A DNA stretch of 64,000 bases. Source: Thermomicrobiales bacterium. GTDB taxonomy: Bacteria; Chloroflexota; Chloroflexia; Thermomicrobiales; UBA6265. The stretch's first letter is position 1, and the number at the start of each line of letters is the position of its first letter. The DNA lies in assembly GCA_045804965.1 (NCBI GenBank), contig JBJMMD010000016.1:133482-197481 (forward strand), in the 5' to 3' direction. This document shows, piece by piece, positions 45,194 to 54,120 of the stretch. The notes under the pieces are model-generated. The model was not told where the DNA came from and did no database searches. It saw nothing but the letters and a program-made list of their open reading frames with translations. The position numbers and the translations under genes are program-made.

Positions 45194-46294
45194 TTAATCG
45201 GCGGCTTGGGATTGGTCTTCAAGACCGGCGTCGGCAAGGCGATCGGCTTCGTCGGCGGCGCGTAACTCTTGCACGAACGGATCGATCTGGCCATCGAGCA
45301 CGCCTGGAATATTGCTCAAACTCAGCTTGATCCGGTGATCGGTGATCCGGTCCTGCGGGAAGTTGTAGGTCCGAATTTTCTCGCTCCGCTCCGCGCTCCC
45401 AATCTGCGAGCGACGAGCGTCGCCGCGCTCTTGGGACATGCGCTGTTGCTCGATGTCGTAGAGTCGCGACCGGAGCACGGTCAGCGCCTTCAACTTGTTT
45501 TTGAGCTGGCTCTTTTCGTCCTGGCAGGTGACGACGATGCTGGTCGGCAGGTGTGTGATCCGGACTGCCGAGTCCGTCGTATTGACGCTTTGTCCGCCAT
45601 GACCGGTCGAGCGGTAGACGTCAATCCGGAGGTCGTTGTCGCTGATCTGGATGTCGACTTCCTCGGCTTCCGGCAGGACCGCGACGCTCGCGGTGGATGT
45701 GTGAATCCGCCCCTGGCTCTCGGTGACCGGTACCCGCTGCACGCGGTGGACGCCGCTTTCATAGCGCAGGTGACTATACGCGCCCTTGCCGTTCACCTCG
45801 AAGATGATCTCGCGGAAACCGCCGCCATCCGTTTCGGAGGCTGAAAGAACCTCGACTTTCCAGCGGTGTCGCTCGGCGTAGCGGCTGTACATCCGGTAGA
45901 GGTCTGCCGCGAAAAGCGCAGCCTCATCACCGCCGGTGCCGGCGCGGATCTCGACAATGACATTCTTGTCGTCGTTCGGATCTTTGGGCACGAGCAGCAG
46001 GCGGATCTGATGCAGCAATTCCTCGCGCCGCTGGCGCAATTGCTTGAGCTCTTCTTCCGCTAGCTCGGCCATTTCCCGGTCGTCATCGCGAGCCATGGTC
46101 TCGGTTTCCGAGATTGCGCGCTGGAGCGCGCGGTACTCGCGGTACGCTGCCACGACCTCGTCGAGCTCGGCGCGCTCGCGGCCGTATTCGGTCAGCTTGA
46201 CCGGATCGGTCGCCACCTCCGGATCGGCCATGACATGGTCGAGCTCCTCGTAACGGCGTTCGAGCTCTGAGAGTGTCGTTAAGAACGTGGCCAT
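45194..46294 (-). CDS. prfA: peptide chain release factor 1
   Basis: GGQ motif ([23 protein letters not shown]) and an RF1-type PxT tripeptide region ([22 protein letters not shown]). Confidence 0.95.
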   Translation of the reverse strand: MATFLTTLSELERRYEELDHVMADPEVATDPVKLTEYGRERAELDEVVAAYREYRALQRAISETETMARDDDREMAELAEEELKQLRQRREELLHQIRLLLVPKDPNDDKNVIVEIRAGTGGDEAALFAADLYRMYSRYAERHRWKVEVLSASETDGGGFREIIFEVNGKGAYSHLRYESGVHRVQRVPVTESQGRIHTSTASVAVLPEAEEVDIQISDNDLRIDVYRSTGHGGQSVNTTDSAVRITHLPTSIVVTCQDEKSQLKNKLKALTVLRSRLYDIEQQRMSQERGDARRSQIGSAERSEKIRTYNFPQDRITDHRIKLSLSNIPGVLDGQIDPFVQELRAADEADRLADAGLEDQSQAAD

Positions 46295-46562
46295 AATCTC
46301 CGGGTCCTAGACGTGGGTATGCAGGACAGTCATGTTCCGTCGAGTGTCGTTATCACGCTGACTCGACAGGTAATGATAGCCGACGTTTGCTCCCGACACG
46401 GATTGCTAGGCGCATCTTCCTATGTGTTGATGCCGTTCCTCCCTTGCCGAATTGGCCCCAATTGCTGATTCCCCATTTGCACGTTTCGCGCAAAGCTTGG
46501 ACAGCACTCGTGCAACAAATGGCTCTCAGCCCACCGTTCTGCCTTCGGCATCGGAGGTCACC

Positions 46563-47171
46563 ATGAAACGATACCTCGCGATCACCTTCGGCTTTCTCCT
46601 GCTTTCGACCTTCTTCGGCGGCGCCCCGGCGGCCGCGCGACCGGCGACCGGGATGTCGTTCGGCTACATGTTCGCCTTGTCGCCCCCGACTGGTTACGTG
46701 AACTCGAAGGTCGTCGTCACGAATATCTTGTTTGCAGCGAACACGAGCGTGAAGGTGACATTCGATGGTGCAGCTGCGTGCACGTTCACGACCGCCTCGA
46801 ATGGAACTGGATCATGTTCCTTCCGTGTTCCTGCGACCGACCAGGGACTGCATGAAGTGAAGGCGACTGGTGGCGGGCAGTCAAACTCCAAGTATTTCAA
46901 CGTCGATCCCCGCGTCAAACTCACGCCGAATTACGGTCCACGCGGCACGACGATGAATGTCTCGCTGCGGGGATTCATGACTAATACGGCGGTCATCGTG
47001 AAGTGGTACAACTCAACACAGAAGATCACGATCAGAACGCTCACGACGTCGAGTACGGGAAGCGCGAATTTCTATTTCATGGTTCCGTCGAATGCAGTTA
47101 AGGGGCCGTATAAGGTCTGGGCGCGGCAATACAACGGCATGTCAACTGCCGCGACGTTTACCGTCACGTAA
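46563..47171 (+). CDS. secreted protein with two Ig-like (IPT/TIG-like) modules; paralogue of the N-terminal part of the 1422-aa protein
   Basis: ATG 46563 after GGAGG. Signal peptide MKRYLAITFGFLLLSTFFGGAPAAA. Collinear similarity to aa ~125-289 of the giant protein (SPxxG..V.V...F...V.VxFD...GxGSxSFxVPA...GxHxVKA...PRxxLxP...RGF/Y...V..WY...SSTGSxN). Confidence 0.7.
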   Translation: MKRYLAITFGFLLLSTFFGGAPAAARPATGMSFGYMFALSPPTGYVNSKVVVTNILFAANTSVKVTFDGAAACTFTTASNGTGSCSFRVPATDQGLHEVKATGGGQSNSKYFNVDPRVKLTPNYGPRGTTMNVSLRGFMTNTAVIVKWYNSTQKITIRTLTTSSTGSANFYFMVPSNAVKGPYKVWARQYNGMSTAATFTVT

Positions 47172-47191
47172 TCAACATCGAGAGTTTCAAA

Positions 47192-47225
47192 AGACGGCCG
47201 TGGGGCGAACGCCCCACGGCCGTCT
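47192..47225. terminator. bidirectional stem-loop between convergent genes
   Basis: 16-bp perfect stem AGACGGCCGTGGGGCG / CGCCCCACGGCCGTCT with a minimal loop, 21 nt after the plus-strand stop and 19 nt after the minus-strand stop. Confidence 0.7.
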
Positions 47226-47243
47226 CTCGCGCAATTCCGACGC

Positions 47244-47585
47244 TTAGTCGAGACGCGCTATGCGTTCTTTCAAGCGCTCGACGCTGTCGGCGAACCTATC
47301 CGCCTCGTACCGCATCAGCCGCCTGATCGTGAGCGCCTCCAATTCGGCTCGTTCGACGATTTTTTGCGCCGTTGTTTGCGCTTCATAGAGCAAGAGTTCG
47401 ATCGACTCGGGCTCGAGAGGGTGTTCCTTCCACTCGCGCATGGTCGCGGACAAGCTCGCCTGAGCGTCCGCCAGCTTGGCGATCGCATTCCTCACTTCGA
47501 GAAACGTCTCAGGCGCCGTCGAATCCAACGTGGTGGACGAAACCGCGGCGGAGCGAGAGGGGCTGCCGGTGTTTTCACTCGCCAT
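47244..47585 (-). CDS. hypothetical coiled-coil protein (113 aa)
   Basis: Heptad-rich sequence (AIAKLADAQASLSATMREWKE...ERAELEALTIRRLMRYEADRFADSVERLKERIARLD). Lies 7 nt after the upstream gene. No family recognised. Confidence 0.55.
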   Translation of the reverse strand: MASENTGSPSRSAAVSSTTLDSTAPETFLEVRNAIAKLADAQASLSATMREWKEHPLEPESIELLLYEAQTTAQKIVERAELEALTIRRLMRYEADRFADSVERLKERIARLD

Positions 47586-47591
47586 GACGCT

Positions 47592-48593
47592 TCAAAACCC
47601 AGATGCGCTGGGCAAACGCACCTCGATCAAATCATCACCGGCGTGAACCGTCTCGAAACCGGCGCCCTCGTTCCAACCTCGAAGATCGTTGATTGATACC
47701 GGTTGACGAACCACGACGTACAACCGCAACACGCCTTCCGCGTATTCACGGGGCTCAACCGCGTCGACCTGGGCGAGCTGGGAAAGGTAGCGCTGCAACG
47801 ACAGGGCCGTTGCCGCGCGCGGCACTCCGTGCACGAGAATCGTCAGCGAATGGGTTTCAACGGCCGGCTCCGGTTCCGGTCTCAATTCTTCAGCTTCAGT
47901 AAGCACCGGCGCCTGAGATTCCTGAGGAGGCGCCGTCGGCTCGACGGTGATTTCACCGCTGGCTTGCTGGTCGAACGGTGACACGGTCATGACTTCCGCT
48001 TCGTCGAGCGGCGCTTCCTGCGCGGCTACTGTCGCAGACGGTGGCTCTGCCGTTTCCGTGGGCGTGGCGACTTGTTCGGGCTCTGGCGCCATCGTTGCGG
48101 AGCGTTCTTCGGGCGTGGCGAACGCGATATATTCAGGCGGCGACTCAAGGAATTGCGCAGCGATGGACTCCACACCGGGCAAGTGTTGAGGCGTATCTAC
48201 GGGCTCGTCGGGCGGCAATTTTGCCTCGGCCTCCTCGATGGCATCGCTCAAACGACGCCCGAGTCGTTCAACTTGTCCCTGAACGGACGTCACGTCCTCG
48301 AGCAGCGCGGCCAACGTCGCGCGATAGCGAGCAAGATCGGTTCGCTCCTGCTCGGCCTTCGCCATCTGCATTTCGCGGCCGGCGGTTTCGCGCAATTCCA
48401 TTGCCTGGCGCAGGAGATCGCCCGATCGGGCGATGTTGTCGTGGATGACCTGATCGAACGACTCAAAGAACGCGAGGCGCTCTTTCAAACGGTCAATCTC
48501 TGCGCGCGACTCCTCGCTCGCTATGGGGTCCCGAGGGTGATCACCGCTGTCTAGATTACTCACGCCTACCGCCGTTCCTTCAGCTACGAGCAA
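47592..48593 (-). CDS. hypothetical protein: N-terminal coiled coil, acidic Pro/Glu/Thr spacer, compact C-terminal domain
   Basis: 333-aa ORF with coding-like G/C at third positions. No family recognised. Start codon uncertain (TTG 48593 or a downstream GTG). Confidence 0.6.
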   Translation of the reverse strand: MLVAEGTAVGVSNLDSGDHPRDPIASEESRAEIDRLKERLAFFESFDQVIHDNIARSGDLLRQAMELRETAGREMQMAKAEQERTDLARYRATLAALLEDVTSVQGQVERLGRRLSDAIEEAEAKLPPDEPVDTPQHLPGVESIAAQFLESPPEYIAFATPEERSATMAPEPEQVATPTETAEPPSATVAAQEAPLDEAEVMTVSPFDQQASGEITVEPTAPPQESQAPVLTEAEELRPEPEPAVETHSLTILVHGVPRAATALSLQRYLSQLAQVDAVEPREYAEGVLRLYVVVRQPVSINDLRGWNEGAGFETVHAGDDLIEVRLPSASGF

Positions 48594-48794
48594 GCTTCAC
48601 TGTTGTCGCCGTGATGATCCGAGTGTAGCACCCTCGCGACCGAATTTGGATGGGTTCCGTGGCGGTTTGTCATGTGATTCAGCAGCGCCAAGCACGAACG
48701 GACTACAATGCGAACGTGACGCTTTGGAGGAGCGGCGGCGTCCGCCCCCACCCGCGTCGAGGACTCAATTGATTCGAGGAGTAAGCGGAACCGC

Positions 48795-51700
48795 ATGAGC
48801 CAAATTCTTGAGCTGGCGCGCGAGCGAGTGCTGTTTTATGACGGCTCGATGGGCGCCACTATTCTCAACATGCAACTTGACGCCGATGCCTACGGCGGTA
48901 AAGAGGGATGTAACGACTACCTCGTTCTCTACAATCCCTCGATTATCGAACAGCTTCACGCCTCTTTTCTCGAGGTTGGCGTCGATGTGCTCGAAACCGA
49001 TACGTTCGGTGGCAGTCTGATCAAGCTCGAAGAGTATGACCTCGGCGAGCGCACGTATGAGCTCAACCGCGCTGCCGCCGAGCTCGCGCGGCGAGTCGCC
49101 AAGGACTATTCGACGCCGTCCCACCCCCGATTTGTCGCGGGTTCGGTCGGACCGACCGGACTGCTCCCCGCGTCCGAGGATCCACTTCTCGGCAAACACC
49201 GCTTTCAGGAGGTCGTCGATCTCTTCCTCGATCAGATCCGCGGCTTGGTCGACGGCGGCGCCGATTTGCTGATCATCGAAACCGTGCAAGACATCCTCGA
49301 GCTGAAGGCGGGGATTCATGCGGCTGAGCGCGTGTTTGCCGAGAAAAACACGCGGATTCCGATCCACGCCTCGGTCACGCTCGACACCTCGGGCCGCATG
49401 TTGCTCGGCACCGACATTGCCGCGGCGCTCAATATTCTGGAACACCTGCCGGTCGACATCATCGGATTGAACTGCTCGACCGGACCTGATTACATGCGCG
49501 ACCCCGCGCGCTATCTCGGACAGTACTCGACTAAGCCAGTCGCGATCATTCCCAACGCGGGCATCCCCATCAATGTCAACGGACTGGCCGCCTTCCCGAT
49601 GCAACCGGAACCAATGGCGACCGCGCTTCGAGAAATGGTCGAAGAATTTGAAGTCGGGATCGTCGGCGGGTGCTGCGGGACGACGCCCGATCACTTGAAT
49701 GAGGTCGTGCAGCAGATCAAACGACGCGATGTGACGGTCCGCCCGGCGACCCCGCTGCCGCAGATCGCGAGCATGATTCACGCGGTCTCGCTGCACCAGG
49801 AGCCGGCTCCGCTGATCGTCGGCGAGCGCGTCAACACGCAAGGGTCCCGTAAGGTGAAGCGCCTGGTCATGGCCGACGACTACGACGGACTGCTCGAGGT
49901 CGGTCGCAGCCAGATGGAGGAAGGGGCGCACGCGCTCGATGTCTGTACGGCGCTGACCGAGCGTCCGGACGAGCGCGCCATCATGCGCGCGCTCGTCAAA
50001 AAATTGGCGCTCAACGTCGAAACGCCGCTCGTGATCGACTCGACCGAGGCCGACGTCATTCGCGACGCCTTGGAACAGTATCCCGGCCGCGCGATCGTCA
50101 ACTCGATCAATATGGAGAACGGGCGAGCACGGATCGAAGCGGTCATGCCTCTGGTCCGGGCCCATGGCGCCGCAGTGATCGCGCTCACGATCGACGAGGA
50201 CGGGATGGCGAAGACGGCGGAGCGCAAAGTCGCCGTCGCCCGCACGATCTGCGACATCGTCACCGGTGAGTACGGCCAGCAGCCGGACGGCCTCATCTTC
50301 GACGCACTGACCTTCACGCTGGCCACCGGCGATCCGGAATTCACCCGCTCCGCGATCGAAACGATCGAGGGCCTCCGCCGGATCGAAGAAGAGATGCCAG
50401 GCGTGCTCACAATCCTTGGCGTTTCGAACGTCTCGTTCGGCCTCAATCCCGCCGCGAGGCGGGTGCTAAACGCCGTTTTTCTCTATCACTGCGTGCAAGC
50501 GGGACTCGATCTCGCGATCGTTCACCCCTCGCACGTTGTGCCCTTCTCGGAGATTCCGGCCGAGGAACGGGCGCTGGCCGAAGATCTCGTCTTCGCCAGA
50601 CAGCCGGACGCGCTCCAGAAGTACATCGAATTCTTCGAGGGACGGTCAGACGCCGACGGGCCAAGCGGGCCTGACCCGATGTTGGAGATGAACCCGCGAG
50701 AGCGTCTCTACTACCGCATCGTCTACCGCAAAAAAGAAGGCGTCGAAGAGGACGTCGATCAGGCGGTGCGTGACGCCGGCGATCCAGTCGAGGTGCTCAA
50801 CAACGTGCTCTTGCCGGCGATGAAAGAGGTTGGCGACAAGTTCGGCGCTGGTGAGTTGATCCTCCCGTTCGTCCTCCAATCGGCAGAGGTGATGAAGCGA
50901 GCCGTGGCGCGACTCGAGACCTACCTCGAACGCCAAGAGGGCGTGACGAAGGGAACGGTCGTGCTGGCGACGGTCTTCGGCGACGTGCACGACATCGGCA
51001 AGAACCTCGTCAATACTATCCTCACCAACAACGGCTACACCGTCCACGATCTCGGCAAACAGGTGCCGATCAACCGGATTATCGACAAAGCGGTTGAAAC
51101 GAACGCGACCGCGATCGGGCTCTCGGCATTGTTGGTGAGCACGAGCAAGCAGATGCCGCTTTGCGTGAAGGAGCTGCATCACCAGGGCCTGAAGTTCCCG
51201 GTCATCATCGGCGGCGCCGCGATCAATCGCGCCTACGCGCAGCGCACGCTCTTCGTTGGAGATGAGCTTCCGTACGGTCCTGGGGTGTTCTACGCGAAAG
51301 ACGCCTTCGAGGGACTTTCGCTGATGGACCGGATCATCGATCCGGACGAGCGACGCCAGCTCGTGCAAGCGACCGTTGAAACGGCGAAGACCGCGCTCGG
51401 CAAACCGGGCCGGGAAGCGTTCAGCGTGCCCGCGGAAGCGTCAGCAACCGAAGGGCGCACGGTGCGCGACGTCGAGCCGCCGCAACCGCCATTCTGGGGC
51501 GTGCGGGACATGAACGGTTTCTCGCTTACCGACGTTTGGCCGCATCTCGACCTGAAAACGCTCTTCCGCCTGCACTGGGGCGGCAAAGGGGTCAAGGATG
51601 AAGCGTGGGATGAGCTTCAACAGACCGAGTTTTTGCCGCGGCTGAAGTCGATGCAAGCTGAAGCCGAGCAGACGCATTGGCTCGATCCCAAGGTGCGTGT

Positions 51701-52256
51701 CGGCATCTTCCCGGCCAATGGCGATGGCAACGATCTCGTCATCTTCGATCCCGAACATCCCGACAAGGAAGTGGCGCGCTTCGTTTTCCCCCGGCAACCG
51801 CGCCGCGAACGATTGTGCCTTGCCGATTACTACCTGCCGATTTCAAGCGGCAAGCGCGATGTCGCGGTCTTGCAAATCGTGACCGTTGGCGCGGAAGCGA
51901 CGAAACGGACCGATGAGTTGCAAGCTCGTGGAGACTATGCGGACAGTTTCTACAGCCATGGGTTGGCTGTTCAAAGCGCCGAGGGCCTCGCCGAATACGT
52001 CCACCAGCGCCTACGGCGAGAGTTGGGCATCAGCAAAGAGCAAGGCAAACGATATTCGTGGGGCTACCCCGCCTGTCCCGATCTCTCGCAGCACGCGATC
52101 GTCGACCGCTTGCTGGACGCGGAAGCAATCGGGATCAAGATCACGGAGGGTTATCAGTTCGATCCCGAACAGACCACGGCCGCCCTCGTCGTCACCCACC
52201 CCGACGCGAAGTATTACGCGCTGGCGCGATCAGGCGGGGATGGGGAATTGCTTTAG
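48795..52256 (+). CDS. metH: cobalamin-dependent methionine synthase
   Basis: Hcy-binding module (GGCCGTTPDH), pterin-binding module, B12-binding DxHxxG (GDVHDIGKNLV) and a C-terminal AdoMet-activation domain. 1153 aa. Confidence 0.95.
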   Translation: MSQILELARERVLFYDGSMGATILNMQLDADAYGGKEGCNDYLVLYNPSIIEQLHASFLEVGVDVLETDTFGGSLIKLEEYDLGERTYELNRAAAELARRVAKDYSTPSHPRFVAGSVGPTGLLPASEDPLLGKHRFQEVVDLFLDQIRGLVDGGADLLIIETVQDILELKAGIHAAERVFAEKNTRIPIHASVTLDTSGRMLLGTDIAAALNILEHLPVDIIGLNCSTGPDYMRDPARYLGQYSTKPVAIIPNAGIPINVNGLAAFPMQPEPMATALREMVEEFEVGIVGGCCGTTPDHLNEVVQQIKRRDVTVRPATPLPQIASMIHAVSLHQEPAPLIVGERVNTQGSRKVKRLVMADDYDGLLEVGRSQMEEGAHALDVCTALTERPDERAIMRALVKKLALNVETPLVIDSTEADVIRDALEQYPGRAIVNSINMENGRARIEAVMPLVRAHGAAVIALTIDEDGMAKTAERKVAVARTICDIVTGEYGQQPDGLIFDALTFTLATGDPEFTRSAIETIEGLRRIEEEMPGVLTILGVSNVSFGLNPAARRVLNAVFLYHCVQAGLDLAIVHPSHVVPFSEIPAEERALAEDLVFARQPDALQKYIEFFEGRSDADGPSGPDPMLEMNPRERLYYRIVYRKKEGVEEDVDQAVRDAGDPVEVLNNVLLPAMKEVGDKFGAGELILPFVLQSAEVMKRAVARLETYLERQEGVTKGTVVLATVFGDVHDIGKNLVNTILTNNGYTVHDLGKQVPINRIIDKAVETNATAIGLSALLVSTSKQMPLCVKELHHQGLKFPVIIGGAAINRAYAQRTLFVGDELPYGPGVFYAKDAFEGLSLMDRIIDPDERRQLVQATVETAKTALGKPGREAFSVPAEASATEGRTVRDVEPPQPPFWGVRDMNGFSLTDVWPHLDLKTLFRLHWGGKGVKDEAWDELQQTEFLPRLKSMQAEAEQTHWLDPKVRVGIFPANGDGNDLVIFDPEHPDKEVARFVFPRQPRRERLCLADYYLPISSGKRDVAVLQIVTVGAEATKRTDELQARGDYADSFYSHGLAVQSAEGLAEYVHQRLRRELGISKEQGKRYSWGYPACPDLSQHAIVDRLLDAEAIGIKITEGYQFDPEQTTAALVVTHPDAKYYALARSGGDGELL

Positions 52257-52685
52257 AACGAAGCAACCCTGACCCGGCGCTTGCGCACCGCTCTCTTCCT
52301 AACGCGATGAGAGGGCACGAGGAGCCTACGCGGCTCGCACCGCGTGCCCGGGGATCAATCCGCCAGAGGGTTCCCGGGGCTAAACCTGGAAAGGCGGCTC
52401 ACGACCGGCTCACGAGCGGCCGCGGCTCCTGCCATGGGGGTGCCGAGCTCAGCCTCGGAGAGGTTTCGTCTTAGCGGGGCACCCTTTGGGTCACTTCCAG
52501 CCCGGCGTCGTGGCATCGCCGCGTTGCTCGTCTTTGCCCGGCGTCGCGGCGCAGCCGAGTAGTGGCGAGGACGAACGAGCCGTGGCCATGACGAGCGCGC
52601 TCGGTCATCTTGCGCTGATGACGAGGGCAATGGGCGGAGTGATTGACTGCTCCGCCCATGACATTTCCTCATTGACGCTCGGAAC

Positions 52686-53828
52686 CTAATCCAGAATCGT
52701 TACCGGCGTGCCGACCGACGCCCACTCGTAGAGCCAGGCCGCCACGTCGAGCGGCAAGTTCACACATCCATGGCTCATGGGATGGCCAAAGTTATTGTGC
52801 CAATAGGTGCCGTGCAGGGCATTGCCACTATTGTCGAAATACATCACATTCGGCACATCCTCGACCTTGTAGTGTTGGTCGCTGATTGTGCCTTCCATCG
52901 TCTGCACATCGTACTTCGTGAGAATTGAGAAGTTGCCGGTCGGCGTCACCGTTTCGGGCACGTTGCCAACGCCGATGCTGACGAGACTCGAGATGACCAG
53001 ATCTCCTTCTTCGTATGCCCACATTGCCGACTGCGACTTGGAAACCACGATCTCCTTGTAACCACCGTGCTGCGGACCAGGGCCCTCGCCGAGATCGCGG
53101 CCGAGATCGCCGCCGACGCTGAGGAAAAGTGATTCGTCGTAGATGGGAATGTCGTCCGGCTTGGTGATGGGCTCGGTTTTGAGCTTCAACTGCTTGGCAA
53201 ATTCCTTGCCCAGCGAACGCGGCTCGACAACTTTGCCTGACTTCCAGCGGAGCACCGTGCGCTCAAAATACTGCGTCGTGTAACCATCAGGCGTCTTCAG
53301 CTCTTCGGTCAGCGGCAAACCGAGGAGCGGCAATCCGCCGTTCGTATCCCAGTAGTCCTTGAAGCCAAGGTGAACAGTATGGCCATTGTTGAACGCCGTA
53401 CAGTCATCGACCCCGAGGTGCTTGCAGGTGCCCTTTTTCGGCAGCATCATCGACGGGTATCGCTTCTGATCGAACTGAAGCGCTTCCTTCCCGAGGAAAA
53501 GCCCTTGAACCTGCCAATCGGCTGGATCATCAGGAAGATAGACCAACGCGCCGTTCTCGAAATACTGAACCGTGTTTTCTTTTTTCTTGTCGAGACCGAT
53601 CGGCGCCTTCGCGTTCAGTTCCTCAGTAATGGGATTACCGAGCAGCGCGCCATAGGAGCGCCACGCGTCAAGAAATAGCCCGTTGACGGTGTGTCCTGAA
53701 GGCTCAACAAAAACCGTTCGCGGGGCCGCGGATGCGTTCGGCGGGGTCAAGACACTGGTAAACAGCGCGAGCACTAACCCGATGCCGAGCACCCCAGCCA
53801 GACGCGCACGACGATCCATGAGCTTCAT
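52686..53828 (-). CDS. L,D-transpeptidase (YkuD) family protein with LGFP-like N-terminal repeats
   Basis: Signal peptide, repeats (LLGNPITEE...TVQYFENGALVY; LLGLPLTEE...TTQYFERTVLRW), and the catalytic motif LHGTYWHNNFGHPMSHGCVNLP. Confidence 0.9.
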   Translation of the reverse strand: MKLMDRRARLAGVLGIGLVLALFTSVLTPPNASAAPRTVFVEPSGHTVNGLFLDAWRSYGALLGNPITEELNAKAPIGLDKKKENTVQYFENGALVYLPDDPADWQVQGLFLGKEALQFDQKRYPSMMLPKKGTCKHLGVDDCTAFNNGHTVHLGFKDYWDTNGGLPLLGLPLTEELKTPDGYTTQYFERTVLRWKSGKVVEPRSLGKEFAKQLKLKTEPITKPDDIPIYDESLFLSVGGDLGRDLGEGPGPQHGGYKEIVVSKSQSAMWAYEEGDLVISSLVSIGVGNVPETVTPTGNFSILTKYDVQTMEGTISDQHYKVEDVPNVMYFDNSGNALHGTYWHNNFGHPMSHGCVNLPLDVAAWLYEWASVGTPVTILD

Positions 53829-54120
53829 CTAGGAGCCTCCAGTTACGACCAAATTCGTTCCCACGCAACGACCGCTTCGGGTTCTCGTCGAGAACGCCAA
53901 AAACCAAGGCGACGTGAGTTGTCTGCGGGCGCTGAAATCGAGTGGGGCAACGACCCCTACTATACCAAAGCGTTTAGGCTGAATGCATCTCCCCTCTTTT
54001 TCCTATTTATCCTACCGCAATGTGCGCCGCAGACGGAAAACCGCTTCCTGGCGCCGCGGTGCGTGCTACCATCGAGTATTCGTCGCGGTTGGTCTGTTGG
54101 AGGATCGTTCGTTGTCACGC

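Noticed and set aside
45194-46294. RF1 codon-recognition tripeptide reading PVT rather than PAT.
   Set aside because: The motif is defined as PxT and Val at the middle position is a known natural variant, so this is not an anomaly.
48594-48794. Possible SAH or SAM riboswitch in the metH leader. The segment GGAGGAGCGGCGGCGTCC... superficially resembles the GAGGAGCGCUGC core of the SAH element.
   Set aside because: The second conserved half (CAACGGCGCUC-type pseudoknot partner) and the expected helices are not present. The resemblance is limited to a purine-rich run that may simply be SD-like sequence.
48765-50165. 466-aa ORF antisense to metH. Similar long antisense ORFs occur at 26688-28430 (580 aa), 32194-34092 (632 aa), 19960-21042 (360 aa), 43067-44113 (348 aa) and 17519-18382 (287 aa).
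   Set aside because: All lie opposite genes with unmistakable family motifs. They are Arg/Asp/His/Gly-rich with no recognisable motifs or SDs, and one spans two unrelated genes. This is the typical stop-codon-poor antisense frame of high-GC DNA.
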